Notes: generated by a model from the letters alone, not told the origin. Shown: positions 15,615 through 24,697, numbered from the stretch's first letter. The stretch: DNA of 43,611 bases from Candidatus Uhrbacteria bacterium (GCA_003509895.1 DOMJ01000003.1:351-43961); one strand, 5' to 3'. Translations and numbers: made by a program.

Positions 15615-16310
15615 TTAATCTATTCCGAGCAGTTGAAAGAGAGTGGACTTCTCCTTGCGAGAAAGAGGTCGAGCTTGGCCTTGCTTTAAGTGACCAAGCT
15701 TAATGTTCATCACACGCGTTCTTTTGAGCGTGGTCACCTCGTTTCCAAGAGCCTCAACCATTTTGCGAATCTGTCGGTTGCGTCCCTCGGTAATAATAAT
15801 CTTGAAGGCGTTTTTATTTTGTCGCTCCACGCTTGCGGTGCGTGTTGGTCGTCCTTCTACCGTCACGCCCTCGGCCATTTTTTCTAAAAAGCTCTTGGTC
15901 ATGGGGCGACGTACATGGACGAGATATTCTTTTTCGTGACCACCAACGGGTTTGAGAATTTTATTGACGATATCGCCATTGTTGGTAACAAGTAATAGAC
16001 CGGACGAATCCTTGTCCAACCGTCCAACTGCAAAAACATGCTCATGGAGCCCAAGCGATCGAGGAAGATTTTGTGCAACGTCTGTTGCGTGAGTCACTTC
16101 CACACCGCGAGGTTTGTGATACGCCAGGTATATTTCATCGGTTTCTGGATTTACAGGGAGGCCGTTGGTAAAAACAACATCTTCCTCGCCTACGTCGTCT
16201 CCCAGAACGGCAACACGATCGTTAATACGAACGTCGCCGGCTTGGATGAGTCGGTCGGCCTCGCGTCTGGAACAAACGCCATGATTTGCCAAGTACTTAT
16301 TGATTCGCAT
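15615..16310 (-). CDS. RsuA/RluB/RluF-family rRNA pseudouridine synthase (S4 domain plus catalytic domain)
   Basis: S4-like N-terminus 'MRINKYLANHGVCSRREADRLIQAGDVRIN' and the catalytic motif 'VGRLDKDSSGLLLVTNNGD'. Confidence 0.88.
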   Translation of the reverse strand: MRINKYLANHGVCSRREADRLIQAGDVRINDRVAVLGDDVGEEDVVFTNGLPVNPETDEIYLAYHKPRGVEVTHATDVAQNLPRSLGLHEHVFAVGRLDKDSSGLLLVTNNGDIVNKILKPVGGHEKEYLVHVRRPMTKSFLEKMAEGVTVEGRPTRTASVERQNKNAFKIIITEGRNRQIRKMVEALGNEVTTLKRTRVMNIKLGHLKQGQARPLSRKEKSTLFQLLGID

Positions 16311-16380
16311 AAGGGAGGAGCCTACCTGATAAGGGCTGATTTGTCAATCATAGCACGTCAGAGCTCCTTTTGGTTGCTCG

Positions 16381-16389
16381 TGTTATACT
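16381..16389 (+). promoter_or_regulatory. extended -10 element TGtTATACT, 6 nt upstream of the ATG (leaderless candidate)
   Basis: The sequence tgttatact-ttgcca-ATG has no SD. Confidence 0.5.
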
Positions 16390-16395
16390 TTGCCA

Positions 16396-17313
16396 ATGAA
16401 CTATCTCTTGGGAATAGACATTGGGGGAACAAAATATCATGTTCGTGCCAAAAGAGAGCAAGGGCGCGACATAGATCTTGTGGTTGATTCAAAGGGACAT
16501 TTACATCAACTCGGATCAAAAGGCATGGTGAAGCAAATAGGTGTGTGCGTAAAACAACTGCAAAAAAAGATGCAAACGCGATTGGCTCCCGCGGGCATTG
16601 CTCTTGGGCTTGCCGGATTAGATTCGCCAAAACAGGCTCGTGAGGTGCAACGGGCATTGTTGGCCTGCTCCTGGTGGAATGGAGTAGATCCTGCTCGTCG
16701 GTTTCTTGTAAGCGATGTTCAGATTGGATTACGAGCAGGTACGGATCAGAAGGCGGCGATCGCGATTATTTCCGGAACAGGGTCCAACGGATATGGTATT
16801 GACCACGATGGACATGAAGCGTGGGTGTCCGGTCGAGGAGAAGTTCTGGCAGATCAAGGAAGTGGATACGCGATTGGCGTGGCGTGTCTCAAAGCCGTTT
16901 GCAAGGCTGAGGATGGTAGAGGCCCTGCGACAAAATTACGGCCACTCGTTTTTCATACGCTTCGTGTCCAATCGTCGGGAGGGATACTTAACCGCATAGC
17001 TCTCTCTGATTTTGGAAAGAAGCAGATTGCCGATCTGGGAATACTGGTTATGGAGGCCGCGATAGGGGGAGACAGGGTGGCTCGTGAAATTCTTGAGGAA
17101 GCAGCGGAAGAGCTCGCGCTTATGGCCACAACACTTCATAGACGGCTCCATTTTGGCAGAGAGAAGGTAGACGTGGTGATGATTGGCGGATGTATCAATA
17201 AAAACGAGGAGGTGAGGCGGCTTTTTTTGAGAAAGTTGCGAAAAGAATCGTGGGCAAACCCGGTTCCCTTAGCAGATGACCCGGTGGCGGGCGCTATCAA
17301 AATGCTTCAGTAG
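16396..17313 (+). CDS. BadF/BadG/BcrA/BcrD-type ATPase (N-acetylglucosamine kinase-like)
   Basis: 'LLGIDIGGTK' phosphate-1 motif, 'IISGTGSNGYG' and 'LADQGSGYAIG'. ATG at 16396 (the track starts at a TTG at 16390). Confidence 0.75.
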   Translation: MNYLLGIDIGGTKYHVRAKREQGRDIDLVVDSKGHLHQLGSKGMVKQIGVCVKQLQKKMQTRLAPAGIALGLAGLDSPKQAREVQRALLACSWWNGVDPARRFLVSDVQIGLRAGTDQKAAIAIISGTGSNGYGIDHDGHEAWVSGRGEVLADQGSGYAIGVACLKAVCKAEDGRGPATKLRPLVFHTLRVQSSGGILNRIALSDFGKKQIADLGILVMEAAIGGDRVAREILEEAAEELALMATTLHRRLHFGREKVDVVMIGGCINKNEEVRRLFLRKLRKESWANPVPLADDPVAGAIKMLQ

Positions 17314-17385
17314 ATGAGGCTGGCACATGTTGGTCTTTGCGTCACTGTGGAAAATCGGATAAGGTACTGTTATTAACACCTGATT

Positions 17386-18909
17386 ATGCGTATGAAACCA
17401 ACCGTAGTACAAGGAGATATTATCAACATAAAGGCGGACGTGCTGATTGTTGGACATCTTGAGGATGGAGGCAAGCGTCTAGGGGGAGCGTTAGAGGCGG
17501 TGGATGCGGTGCTTGGAGGAGAGATTGCATCGGCCATTGCAAGTAAAGAAACGGAGGGAAAATGGAAGACCGTTTTGACGGTTCGGACCAATGGTCGCAT
17601 GCAGGTGAACCATGTGGTTGTTGTTGGATTGGGAACAAAAAAGACCCTCACAGCGGAGCGTGTTCGTCAGGCGGCGGGGCTGGGTTTTAAGGTGGCAAAA
17701 AGTCTACGCGCAACATCTGTGGCAACCGTTTTAATGGGTGCAGGGAGAGGAGAACAAGATCCGCACTCTATCGCACAGGCGATTTCAGAAGCGTTTTTGC
17801 TCACCAACTATCAGTTTGACACGTGGAAAAAGAAGGACGAAGCCTCACCAAACCCGCTTATTAAAAAAGCGACCATTGTGGAATTGGTGTCGACCAAGTG
17901 TAAGTCGGCACTTGCCGGATGTGAGGATGGAACACTGTTTGCAGAGGCAACCATCGTTGCTCGAGATCTGGTAAATGAGGCACCGTCTCACATGTCCCCG
18001 GCGGAATTAAAGCGATCTGCAGAACAGATAGCAAAAAAATCAACGAATGTTTCCCTCAAGGTACTAGATCGTGTTGCAGCAAAAAAGAGGGGAATGAACG
18101 CATTTTTGGCTGTGGCTGCCGGTTCTACAACGGAGCCCTATTTTTTGCACCTTACCTATACACCACCAAAGCCTTCCAAAAAGTCGATCGTTCTTGTTGG
18201 GAAGGGCATTACGTTTGACTCAGGTGGTCTGTCTCTCAAACCGGCTGACGGTATGATGACCATGAAGTGCGACATGGCGGGAGCGGCCACGGGGCTCGGG
18301 GTTTTTTCGGCGCTACAGGCTTTACAGCCAAACATGACGGTTCATGGATTGATCGCTACCTGTGAAAACATGCCATCGGGTTCCGCGTATCGACCGGGGG
18401 ACGTTGTGCGCGCGATGAACGGAACAACCATAGAAGTGTTGAATACGGATGCGGAGGGTCGTGTAACCCTTGCGGATGCTCTCTCCTATGCAACAGAACT
18501 GCAACCAAATGCGATTATAGATATTGCGACATTAACGGGAGCCTGTGTGGTGGCATTGGGAGAAGAAATCGTGGGTGTGATGACGGACAATGACAAACTT
18601 GCCGAACGAACGTTGGAGGCGGCCTATGTAACGGGCGAAGCGTTTTGGGAGCTTCCTTTATATCCCGGGTACGATTGCTTGATTGAAAGTAAAGTGGCAG
18701 ACGTGCAAAATATTGGGATCAACAGGTGGGGAGGGGCGTTGACGGCCGGTCTCTTTCTGAAGAAATTTGTAGACGCAACTATTCCTTGGATGCACTTAGA
18801 CATTGCCGGTCCTGCGTTTGCCGAACGAGAGTACCTTTCTTATGTTCCCTATGGTGGAACGGGGGCAGGTGTTCGCACCTTGTTACAACTCCTCAAGGAT
18901 TATAAATAG
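17386..18909 (+). CDS. pepA: leucyl aminopeptidase, M17 family
   Basis: 'VGKGITFDSGGLSLKP', 'MKCDMAGAA' and 'NTDAEGRVTLADAL' are M17 signatures. Confidence 0.93.
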   Translation: MRMKPTVVQGDIINIKADVLIVGHLEDGGKRLGGALEAVDAVLGGEIASAIASKETEGKWKTVLTVRTNGRMQVNHVVVVGLGTKKTLTAERVRQAAGLGFKVAKSLRATSVATVLMGAGRGEQDPHSIAQAISEAFLLTNYQFDTWKKKDEASPNPLIKKATIVELVSTKCKSALAGCEDGTLFAEATIVARDLVNEAPSHMSPAELKRSAEQIAKKSTNVSLKVLDRVAAKKRGMNAFLAVAAGSTTEPYFLHLTYTPPKPSKKSIVLVGKGITFDSGGLSLKPADGMMTMKCDMAGAATGLGVFSALQALQPNMTVHGLIATCENMPSGSAYRPGDVVRAMNGTTIEVLNTDAEGRVTLADALSYATELQPNAIIDIATLTGACVVALGEEIVGVMTDNDKLAERTLEAAYVTGEAFWELPLYPGYDCLIESKVADVQNIGINRWGGALTAGLFLKKFVDATIPWMHLDIAGPAFAEREYLSYVPYGGTGAGVRTLLQLLKDYK

Positions 18910-18917
18910 GATGATAG

Positions 18918-18948
18918 AAAAAACACTCTCAAACGAGAGTGTTTTTTT
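18918..18948. terminator. bidirectional intrinsic terminator
   Basis: aaaaaacactctc-aaac-gagagtgttttttt lies between convergent pepA and the peroxiredoxin gene. Confidence 0.85.
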
Positions 18949-18969
18949 AGGCGACCCGTCCTGTTTCAA

Positions 18970-19530
18970 TTAGGCCTTACCAAGTGTCGTACCACCGGCG
19001 TGCCAATTCACAGGGCACAGCTCACCGGTTTGCAACGCGCTCAAAACACGCAAGGTTTCCTCTATGCTGCGACCAACATTGTTGCTGTGGATACCGGCGT
19101 ATTGCAAGATTCCTTCGGGATCTATAATAAACGTTCCGCGAAGAGCGATTCCTTCTTCCTCAATAAGCACGCCATAAGCCTCGGATACCTCATGGGTCAT
19201 GTCGCTTAATAGAGGCGTTTTCAGCTCACCTAAATCTTTGAGCCAGGCCTTATGTGAATGTACGGAATCCGTAGAACAGCCGTACACAACGGTATTGAGT
19301 GCCTCAAACGCTGCATGATTGTCGGAAAATCCGGTAATCTCCGTTGGACAAATAAACGTAAAATCGAGGGGATAAAAAAACAAAACGGTCCATGTTTTAC
19401 TCTTTCCTCCGGTCTTGATCTTGGTAAACTCACCAGTTCCAAATACCGCGTTGAGGGTGAATTCCGGTGCAGGCTCACCAACTTTTGCCGGCTCGTAGAA
19501 GTACATATCTTGGTCCATTTCTTCTTCCAT
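18970..19530 (-). CDS. typical 2-Cys peroxiredoxin (AhpC/Tsa family)
   Basis: Peroxidatic site 'FFYPLDFTFICPTE' and resolving Cys 'GELCPVNW'. Confidence 0.92.
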   Translation of the reverse strand: MEEEMDQDMYFYEPAKVGEPAPEFTLNAVFGTGEFTKIKTGGKSKTWTVLFFYPLDFTFICPTEITGFSDNHAAFEALNTVVYGCSTDSVHSHKAWLKDLGELKTPLLSDMTHEVSEAYGVLIEEEGIALRGTFIIDPEGILQYAGIHSNNVGRSIEETLRVLSALQTGELCPVNWHAGGTTLGKA

Positions 19531-19594
19531 AGTTGCATGATAAGGGTTTTTTAGGATAGCATAGCCACTATCAACACTATATTACTCTATTTGT

Positions 19595-20842
19595 ATGAAC
19601 CGATTCAAGTTACTGGGGGCAGGATTTCTAAGCCTTGTCTTGTTAGGAGCCGGTTGTGGATCCTCCTCCGTTACGGGAACCGTTCCTATTGTGGATAAGA
19701 ATCCAGGCGCAGAAGTGAACGCTGGAGGATTTTATGAAGAAGTGCAGACTGTAAAGGGAGTGAAAACGATTGTACGACCAACAGATATTCATCCAAGCGG
19801 TCAGTTAGAGGAGACATTCCCTCTATTAGACAATCCAACATTTGTAACGATCGATGAAGCGGAGGCGCAGACAACTCTGTTTGATCAGTTACCGGGATTT
19901 GCGGTAGAGACATCCGAGGGCCCTCGTTTTTATTCTTCGCAGGTGCTTGCATGGCATAACATTGTCCATGATTCCATAGACGGTCAGGATGTGGTGATTA
20001 CCTACAGCCCACTTACAGGGACGGGCGGGGTGTTTGCACGTGAGGGAGGCGAGACCTTTGAATTTAGTGGCCTTGTTTGGAATAATGACGCGCTGTTTGT
20101 GGATGCCAAAACAAATTCTTTGTGGAGCGCCCTCCTAGGGAAAGCCATTTATGGAAAACGAGCCGGAGAGATTTTGGTACCGGTACCGTTTGATGTTGTG
20201 ATGTGGGAACAATGGAAAGCTGCGCATCCGGACGGAAGTGTTTTGTCTGCCAAAACGGGATTTGAACGCCGTTACGATTTGAGCCCATACGGTTCTTATT
20301 TGCAAACACGCTCCATTTTCTTTGGGCTTTCTTCGTCATTTATTCCGGCTCTTGAACCAAAAGCTGTGGTGAATGGTGTGGTCATAGATGGAATGGCAAA
20401 GGCCTATCAGGAAGGTCCCATTGTACAGGCGACACATCGTGTGCTCAATGATCATATTGGAGAACACGCGGTTGTGGCCTGGGCCGACGCGCAGAACGTG
20501 ATTCGTGTGCATGAGCGCACGGAGGAAGTGGAGTTTGATAAAATTTCCCAGACACAGCTTATTGATACGGATGGACGCGCGTGGACGTTGGCAGCCAATG
20601 GGGATCTTGTAAATGGCAATCAAACGTTTGCATCACTCTCGCCTACAAGTACGTTCTGGTTTGCTTGGAGTGCAACGTATCCCAATACAGACCTGTATGC
20701 TTTCGTGATTGGAAAAGGTCTTGTGAATGGGCCGTATGAGTTAGGTGAGGGAGAGGGCGTTGAGTTGGAGGAAAATAACACAAAAATTGAGGTGAGTGAT
20801 ACACCATCCATCACACCGATTATTGAAGAAGTGGTCCAGTAA
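19595..20842 (+). CDS. DUF3179-domain lipoprotein
   Basis: Lipobox 'LLGAGCGSS'. The core 'VVITYSPLTGTGGVF...FEFSGLVWNNDALFVDAKTNSLWS' matches my recollection of the DUF3179 pattern. Confidence 0.6.
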   Translation: MNRFKLLGAGFLSLVLLGAGCGSSSVTGTVPIVDKNPGAEVNAGGFYEEVQTVKGVKTIVRPTDIHPSGQLEETFPLLDNPTFVTIDEAEAQTTLFDQLPGFAVETSEGPRFYSSQVLAWHNIVHDSIDGQDVVITYSPLTGTGGVFAREGGETFEFSGLVWNNDALFVDAKTNSLWSALLGKAIYGKRAGEILVPVPFDVVMWEQWKAAHPDGSVLSAKTGFERRYDLSPYGSYLQTRSIFFGLSSSFIPALEPKAVVNGVVIDGMAKAYQEGPIVQATHRVLNDHIGEHAVVAWADAQNVIRVHERTEEVEFDKISQTQLIDTDGRAWTLAANGDLVNGNQTFASLSPTSTFWFAWSATYPNTDLYAFVIGKGLVNGPYELGEGEGVELEENNTKIEVSDTPSITPIIEEVVQ

Positions 20843-21510
20843 TGAAGGCAACACTGTATATGGTGGCAACGCCGATCGGGAACATGCAGGATGTTTCCGA
20901 TCGGACACGGTCGACGCTCTCCGGCGCGGACATTGTGTTTGCGGAAGACACGCGTGTTGCGCAATCCCTGTTGCAGAAACTAGAGATCACAACACCTGTT
21001 GAGCGATACGATCATCATAGCCACGATCGACAGGTAACAACCGTTTTGGCCTATTTGCGAGAGGGGAAGCAGGTTGCCTATGTCTCCGATGCCGGAACCC
21101 CCGGCGTAGAGGATCCGGGCGGAAGGCTTGTTGCCGCGGTTGCTTCCCAGTTGCCAGAGGTTGTCATTTCTCCTATTCCGGGACCATCTGCCATTATGGC
21201 GGCGCTGTCTGTGAGCGGCTTTCCGGCGGACAAATTTGTGGTGATGGGTTTTGCTCCAAAGAAAAAAGGGCGACAGAGTTATTTTGATCGCCTTGCAGAG
21301 ACAGAGGGCACGGTTGTGTTGTATGAAGCCACACACCGGATAGAAAAAACGGTGGCGGAAATAGCAGCACGACAACCGGATCGCTCGATGTTTATTGCAC
21401 GGGAGATAACAAAAAAGTTTGAAACGCTGTTACGCGGTACGGCGAGCCAATTACAAGAACGTTTGTCCTCAGAAAATACAAAAGGAGAATTTATTGTCGT
21501 GGTATCATAG
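20842..21510 (+). CDS. rsmI: 16S rRNA (cytidine1402-2'-O)-methyltransferase
   Basis: 'LYMVATPIGNMQDVSDR...IVFAEDTR' and 'SDAGTPGVEDPG'. TAATG overlap with the upstream stop. Confidence 0.88.
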   Translation: MKATLYMVATPIGNMQDVSDRTRSTLSGADIVFAEDTRVAQSLLQKLEITTPVERYDHHSHDRQVTTVLAYLREGKQVAYVSDAGTPGVEDPGGRLVAAVASQLPEVVISPIPGPSAIMAALSVSGFPADKFVVMGFAPKKKGRQSYFDRLAETEGTVVLYEATHRIEKTVAEIAARQPDRSMFIAREITKKFETLLRGTASQLQERLSSENTKGEFIVVVS

Positions 21511-21517
21511 GGTTGCT

Positions 21518-23044
21518 ATGAAAACGTTTTACATCACAACGCCCATTTATTACGCCTCGGGAGACCCGCACATTGGACATGCGTATACAAATCTCATGGC
21601 CGACATTACGGCACGGTATCACCGGATGGGAGGACACCCGGTTTTGTTTTTAACCGGCACAGATGAACATGGAATGAAGGTGCAACAGAAGGCACAGGAG
21701 ACAGGGCAAACCCCTCAGGTGTTTGTGGATGAGATTGCGGCACGATTTAGGGAGTTGACGGATGTGTGGAATATTACAAATGACGATTTTATTCGCACAA
21801 CCGAAGATCGGCACAAGGAAACCGTTCGTGTATTTTGGCAGCGTGTGATGGACGCCGGGTATATCTATAAAAAAAAGTATGGAGGCCTCTATTGTGTTGG
21901 ATGTGAATCGTTCAAAACAGAAAAGGATCTGGTAGAGGGTAAATGCACAGATCACGATGCAGTGCCGGAACAGTTAGAAGAAGAGAACTACTTTTTTCAA
22001 TTATCGGCGTTTCAAAAGCCGCTAGAAGCGTTGTTTGATGCAGGCGAGGACTTTGTAACACCTGCGGATAAATGTAAGGAGATGCGTCAGATATTGGCGT
22101 CCGGTTTGGAAGATATTTCTGTTTCTCGTTCCACCGATAAGCTTCAGTGGGGGATTCCGGTTCCGGGAGATGAGAGTCAGGTGTTGTATGTGTGGTTTGA
22201 TGCCCTTGTGAATTATGTTTCCGCCATTGGTTTTGGGCGCACGGAGGATCACATGAAGGACATATGGCCGGCGGACATTCATTTTGTTGGAAAGGAAATT
22301 AATCGTTTTCACTCCCTGCTCTGGCCAGCTATGTTACTTGCGGCAGGACTTCAGCCACCCAAACAGATTGCCGTACATGGATGGATTACGGTGGATGGAA
22401 AAAAGATGAGTAAAACGATAGGAAACGTTTTGGACCCGTTTGATTTGGTGGAGCAGCGAGGTTTGGAGGCGGTGCGTTATTTTTTAGCACGCGAAATTCC
22501 ATTTTATCGAGACGGAGATTTTTCCTTCGCGCGTTTTGAGGATCGTTACAATAATGATCTGGCAAATGAACTCGGCAATCTCCTGCATCGTGCTGTGGCT
22601 ATGACCGATCGCTACGTGGCAAGCGTGGTTCCGGCAAAAGCTGAATATGAAGTCGCGACGCATTGGACAGCGTATCGTGCCTCAATGGAGGATTTGCGCT
22701 TTGACGATGCGCTTGCCGCCGTGTGGGAATTGGTACGAGAGTTGAACAAATATATAGACACAATGGAACCGTGGAAACTGGGTAAGCAAGAGGACAAAAC
22801 GCCGGTTTCCCAGGTTTTATATGTTTTATTGGAGTCGCTACGTCATCTCGGGTGGATGCTCATGCCTATTATGCCGGAAACATCTATGCGTCTTTTTGAG
22901 GCGGTGGGGACTTCCTTTGAGGAGCAAGCCAAGATCACCATGTCAGAGGCGGCAAAATGGGGAGGCTTAAAACCGGGATCTCTCGTGGTAAGCGGAGAAC
23001 CGTTATTTCCGCGTATGGAATCTGTTTTGGAATCAGCGTCCTAG
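21518..23044 (+). CDS. metG: methionyl-tRNA synthetase (short form, no C-terminal tRNA-binding domain)
   Basis: Start at 'MKTFYITTPIYYASGDPHIGHAYT' (HIGH motif) and 'KMSKT'. The track ORF starts at 21419 inside rsmI. TGgTATCAT lies 9 nt upstream of the ATG. Confidence 0.93.
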   Translation: MKTFYITTPIYYASGDPHIGHAYTNLMADITARYHRMGGHPVLFLTGTDEHGMKVQQKAQETGQTPQVFVDEIAARFRELTDVWNITNDDFIRTTEDRHKETVRVFWQRVMDAGYIYKKKYGGLYCVGCESFKTEKDLVEGKCTDHDAVPEQLEEENYFFQLSAFQKPLEALFDAGEDFVTPADKCKEMRQILASGLEDISVSRSTDKLQWGIPVPGDESQVLYVWFDALVNYVSAIGFGRTEDHMKDIWPADIHFVGKEINRFHSLLWPAMLLAAGLQPPKQIAVHGWITVDGKKMSKTIGNVLDPFDLVEQRGLEAVRYFLAREIPFYRDGDFSFARFEDRYNNDLANELGNLLHRAVAMTDRYVASVVPAKAEYEVATHWTAYRASMEDLRFDDALAAVWELVRELNKYIDTMEPWKLGKQEDKTPVSQVLYVLLESLRHLGWMLMPIMPETSMRLFEAVGTSFEEQAKITMSEAAKWGGLKPGSLVVSGEPLFPRMESVLESAS

Positions 23045-23045
23045 C

Positions 23046-23573
23046 ATGGAAAATTTGTTAGACATTGGTGTCTTGGTGGCAGTAGGGGGATTTGCTCTCT
23101 ATGGGTTTGCGGTCGGATTTGTTCAAACGCTTACAAGCTTGGTGGGAATGATTTTTTCTATTTTGGTTGCTTCTCGCACCTACTTGCCGATTGCGGATTG
23201 GATCTTGCCGCCTGTACTGTCTGATCGGTTTGGCGTTCAACTGTTTGTCTTTTTTTTGATTTTGATTTTTATCACGAGTCTTGTAAATATTTTCGTACGA
23301 GTTATAGACAGAGTGTTTCATGTTGTTTCCATTATTCCGTTTACCAAGTCCCTGAATCGTGCACTCGGTTTTGTGCTTGGATTGATTTTGGGCGTGTTGG
23401 CCATAGGCGCGCTCTTATTTGTGTCTCTACAACTTCCGTCTCTACCGAGTGGACTCCAAGAATTCCTGGATCAATCTCGACTTATTGGGCCGCTCATCTT
23501 TCTTGCCGGTATCGTGTCGCTTCTGTTTCCGTCGGTTATAGATCAGGCAAAAGAATTTATCCCATCGTCTTAA
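23046..23573 (+). CDS. cvpA: CvpA-family membrane protein
   Basis: 175 aa, 4 TM helices, N-terminus 'LLDIGVLVAVGGFALYGFAVGFV', typical of CvpA. Confidence 0.65.
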   Translation: MENLLDIGVLVAVGGFALYGFAVGFVQTLTSLVGMIFSILVASRTYLPIADWILPPVLSDRFGVQLFVFFLILIFITSLVNIFVRVIDRVFHVVSIIPFTKSLNRALGFVLGLILGVLAIGALLFVSLQLPSLPSGLQEFLDQSRLIGPLIFLAGIVSLLFPSVIDQAKEFIPSS

Positions 23574-23595
23574 CGCCGTTTCTGCAATAGAAGTG

Positions 23596-23650
23596 AGCAT
23601 CAGAGCCCTTACGTACGCGAGGCGCCATTCTGGTGCTTTTTCGCTTTTTG
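23596..23650 (+). terminator. putative intrinsic terminator of the rsmI-metG-cvpA unit
   Basis: AGCATCAGA (23596-604) pairs with TCTGGTGCT (23629-37, one G-U pair), followed by TTTTTCGCTTTTT. The loop is large at 24 nt. Confidence 0.45.
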
Positions 23651-23691
23651 GGAGCTTTGGCACGGTAAACAAGATAGATGTGGACAACTGG

Positions 23692-23719
23692 TTGACATAT
23701 CCTGCGGGTATGGTAAGCT
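23692..23719 (+). promoter_or_regulatory. sigma70-type promoter TTGACA-16-TAAGCT
   Basis: A perfect -35 at 23692-97 and TAAGCT at 23714-19. Confidence 0.5.
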
Positions 23720-23725
23720 TTTCTT

Positions 23726-23829
23726 GTTGAACAGCTGAAAGCTCCCGGCACTTAACCGGGGTTCAACGGAGCAGCTTACAGCACTCGGCAGTTAACCGAG
23801 GCTCATGGAACGCAAACGCGTTCTTTTTT
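23726..23829 (+). ncRNA. tandem-hairpin leader or small RNA ending in a perfect intrinsic terminator
   Basis: Hairpin 1 is CCCGG-CACTTAA-CCGGG (23744-60). Hairpin 2 is CTCGG-CAGTTAA-CCGAG (23784-800). The terminator is GAACGC-AAAC-GCGTTC plus T6 (23808-29). No family recognised. Confidence 0.5.
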
Positions 23830-23837
23830 GTTATACT
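23829..23837 (+). promoter_or_regulatory. extended -10 element TGtTATACT, 8 nt upstream of the tatD ATG (leaderless candidate)
   Basis: The sequence tgttatact-acccatct-ATG has no SD. The box overlaps the end of the preceding terminator's T-run. Confidence 0.45.
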
Positions 23838-23845
23838 ACCCATCT

Positions 23846-24697
23846 ATGATTGATACACATTGCCATGTGCACTTTACGGACTACGGAGAAAACAGAGCCG
23901 ATGTTATTGGCCGCACACAGAAAAAAGGGGTTGAGATGATCACGATTGGAACACAGACATCTACCTCCCTTGAGGCAATACAGACGGCAGAACAATATGA
24001 GGGAGTTTGGTGTACGGTTGGTTTGCATCCAAGTCATACACATCCCTACACGTTGCATGCAGATCAGAACGAGGTGACAGATACTCACGTTGAATTATTT
24101 GATAAAGACGACTATCGCAAACTGGTTGAACGCTCCAATAAGGTTGTTGCGATTGGGGAGGTTGGATTGGACTACTATCGGTTGCCTACGGAGGCGGAAG
24201 ATGTTGCGGACGTAAAGTTAAAGCAAAAAACGGAACTTTGGAAAGCAATAGAACTGGCAACAGAGGTCAATTTGCCTCTTGTTTTGCATGTACGAGATGC
24301 CCATACAGATATGGTAAGCATAATAGAGGCGGCTCAGACACGTGGAATGATGTCACGTGGGGCTGTTATTCATTGTTTTACAGGCACAACGGAGGAGGCT
24401 CGTGTCTATCACCGTCTTGGCATCCTGACGTCTTTTACGGGCATTATTACATTTGGAGATAAAAAACACCCGGAGAAGCTCACGCCGTTGATGAAAACCG
24501 TCCAAGATCTTCCGTTGGAGATGATGATGATTGAGACAGATGCGCCATACCTTGCGCCAGAACCGCACCGTGGAAAGCAGAATGAGCCGTGGATGGTGCA
24601 ATATGTTGCAGAGAAAATTGCCGCACTCAAGGGGATAACAACAGAGGAAGTGGATCGTGTAACAACCAAAACGGCACAGCATTTTTTTGGCCTTTAA
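23846..24697 (+). CDS. tatD: TatD-family metal-dependent hydrolase/DNase
   Basis: 'MIDTHCHVHF', 'IGEVGLDY', 'LVLHVRDA', 'HCFTG' and 'IETDAPYL'. Confidence 0.9.
   Translation: MIDTHCHVHFTDYGENRADVIGRTQKKGVEMITIGTQTSTSLEAIQTAEQYEGVWCTVGLHPSHTHPYTLHADQNEVTDTHVELFDKDDYRKLVERSNKVVAIGEVGLDYYRLPTEAEDVADVKLKQKTELWKAIELATEVNLPLVLHVRDAHTDMVSIIEAAQTRGMMSRGAVIHCFTGTTEEARVYHRLGILTSFTGIITFGDKKHPEKLTPLMKTVQDLPLEMMMIETDAPYLAPEPHRGKQNEPWMVQYVAEKIAALKGITTEEVDRVTTKTAQHFFGL

Noticed and set aside
21419-21517. Over-extended 5' ends in the ORF track, with the track start followed by my revised start: 21419 to 21518 (metG); 35567 to 35720 (tdk); 27290 to 27335 (atpA); 31127 to 31151 (atpC); 32845 to 32902 (lysK); 36219 to 36288; 9343 to 9397; 3734 to 3833; 8216 to 8129; 8884 to 8845; 40987 to 41014; 23828 to 23846; 16390 to 16396.
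   Set aside because: The extensions overlap the preceding gene, a terminator hairpin or a -10 box, and they add non-homologous residues ahead of conserved N-terminal motifs. The internal ATGs match the family N-termini.
23744-23800. The two 5-bp stem, 7-nt loop hairpins as anticodon arms of tRNA-like genes.
   Set aside because: The loops have A rather than the near-universal U at position 33. There is no acceptor stem, D-arm or GTTCRANYC T-loop around them. I found no tRNA, rRNA or CRISPR array anywhere in the window.
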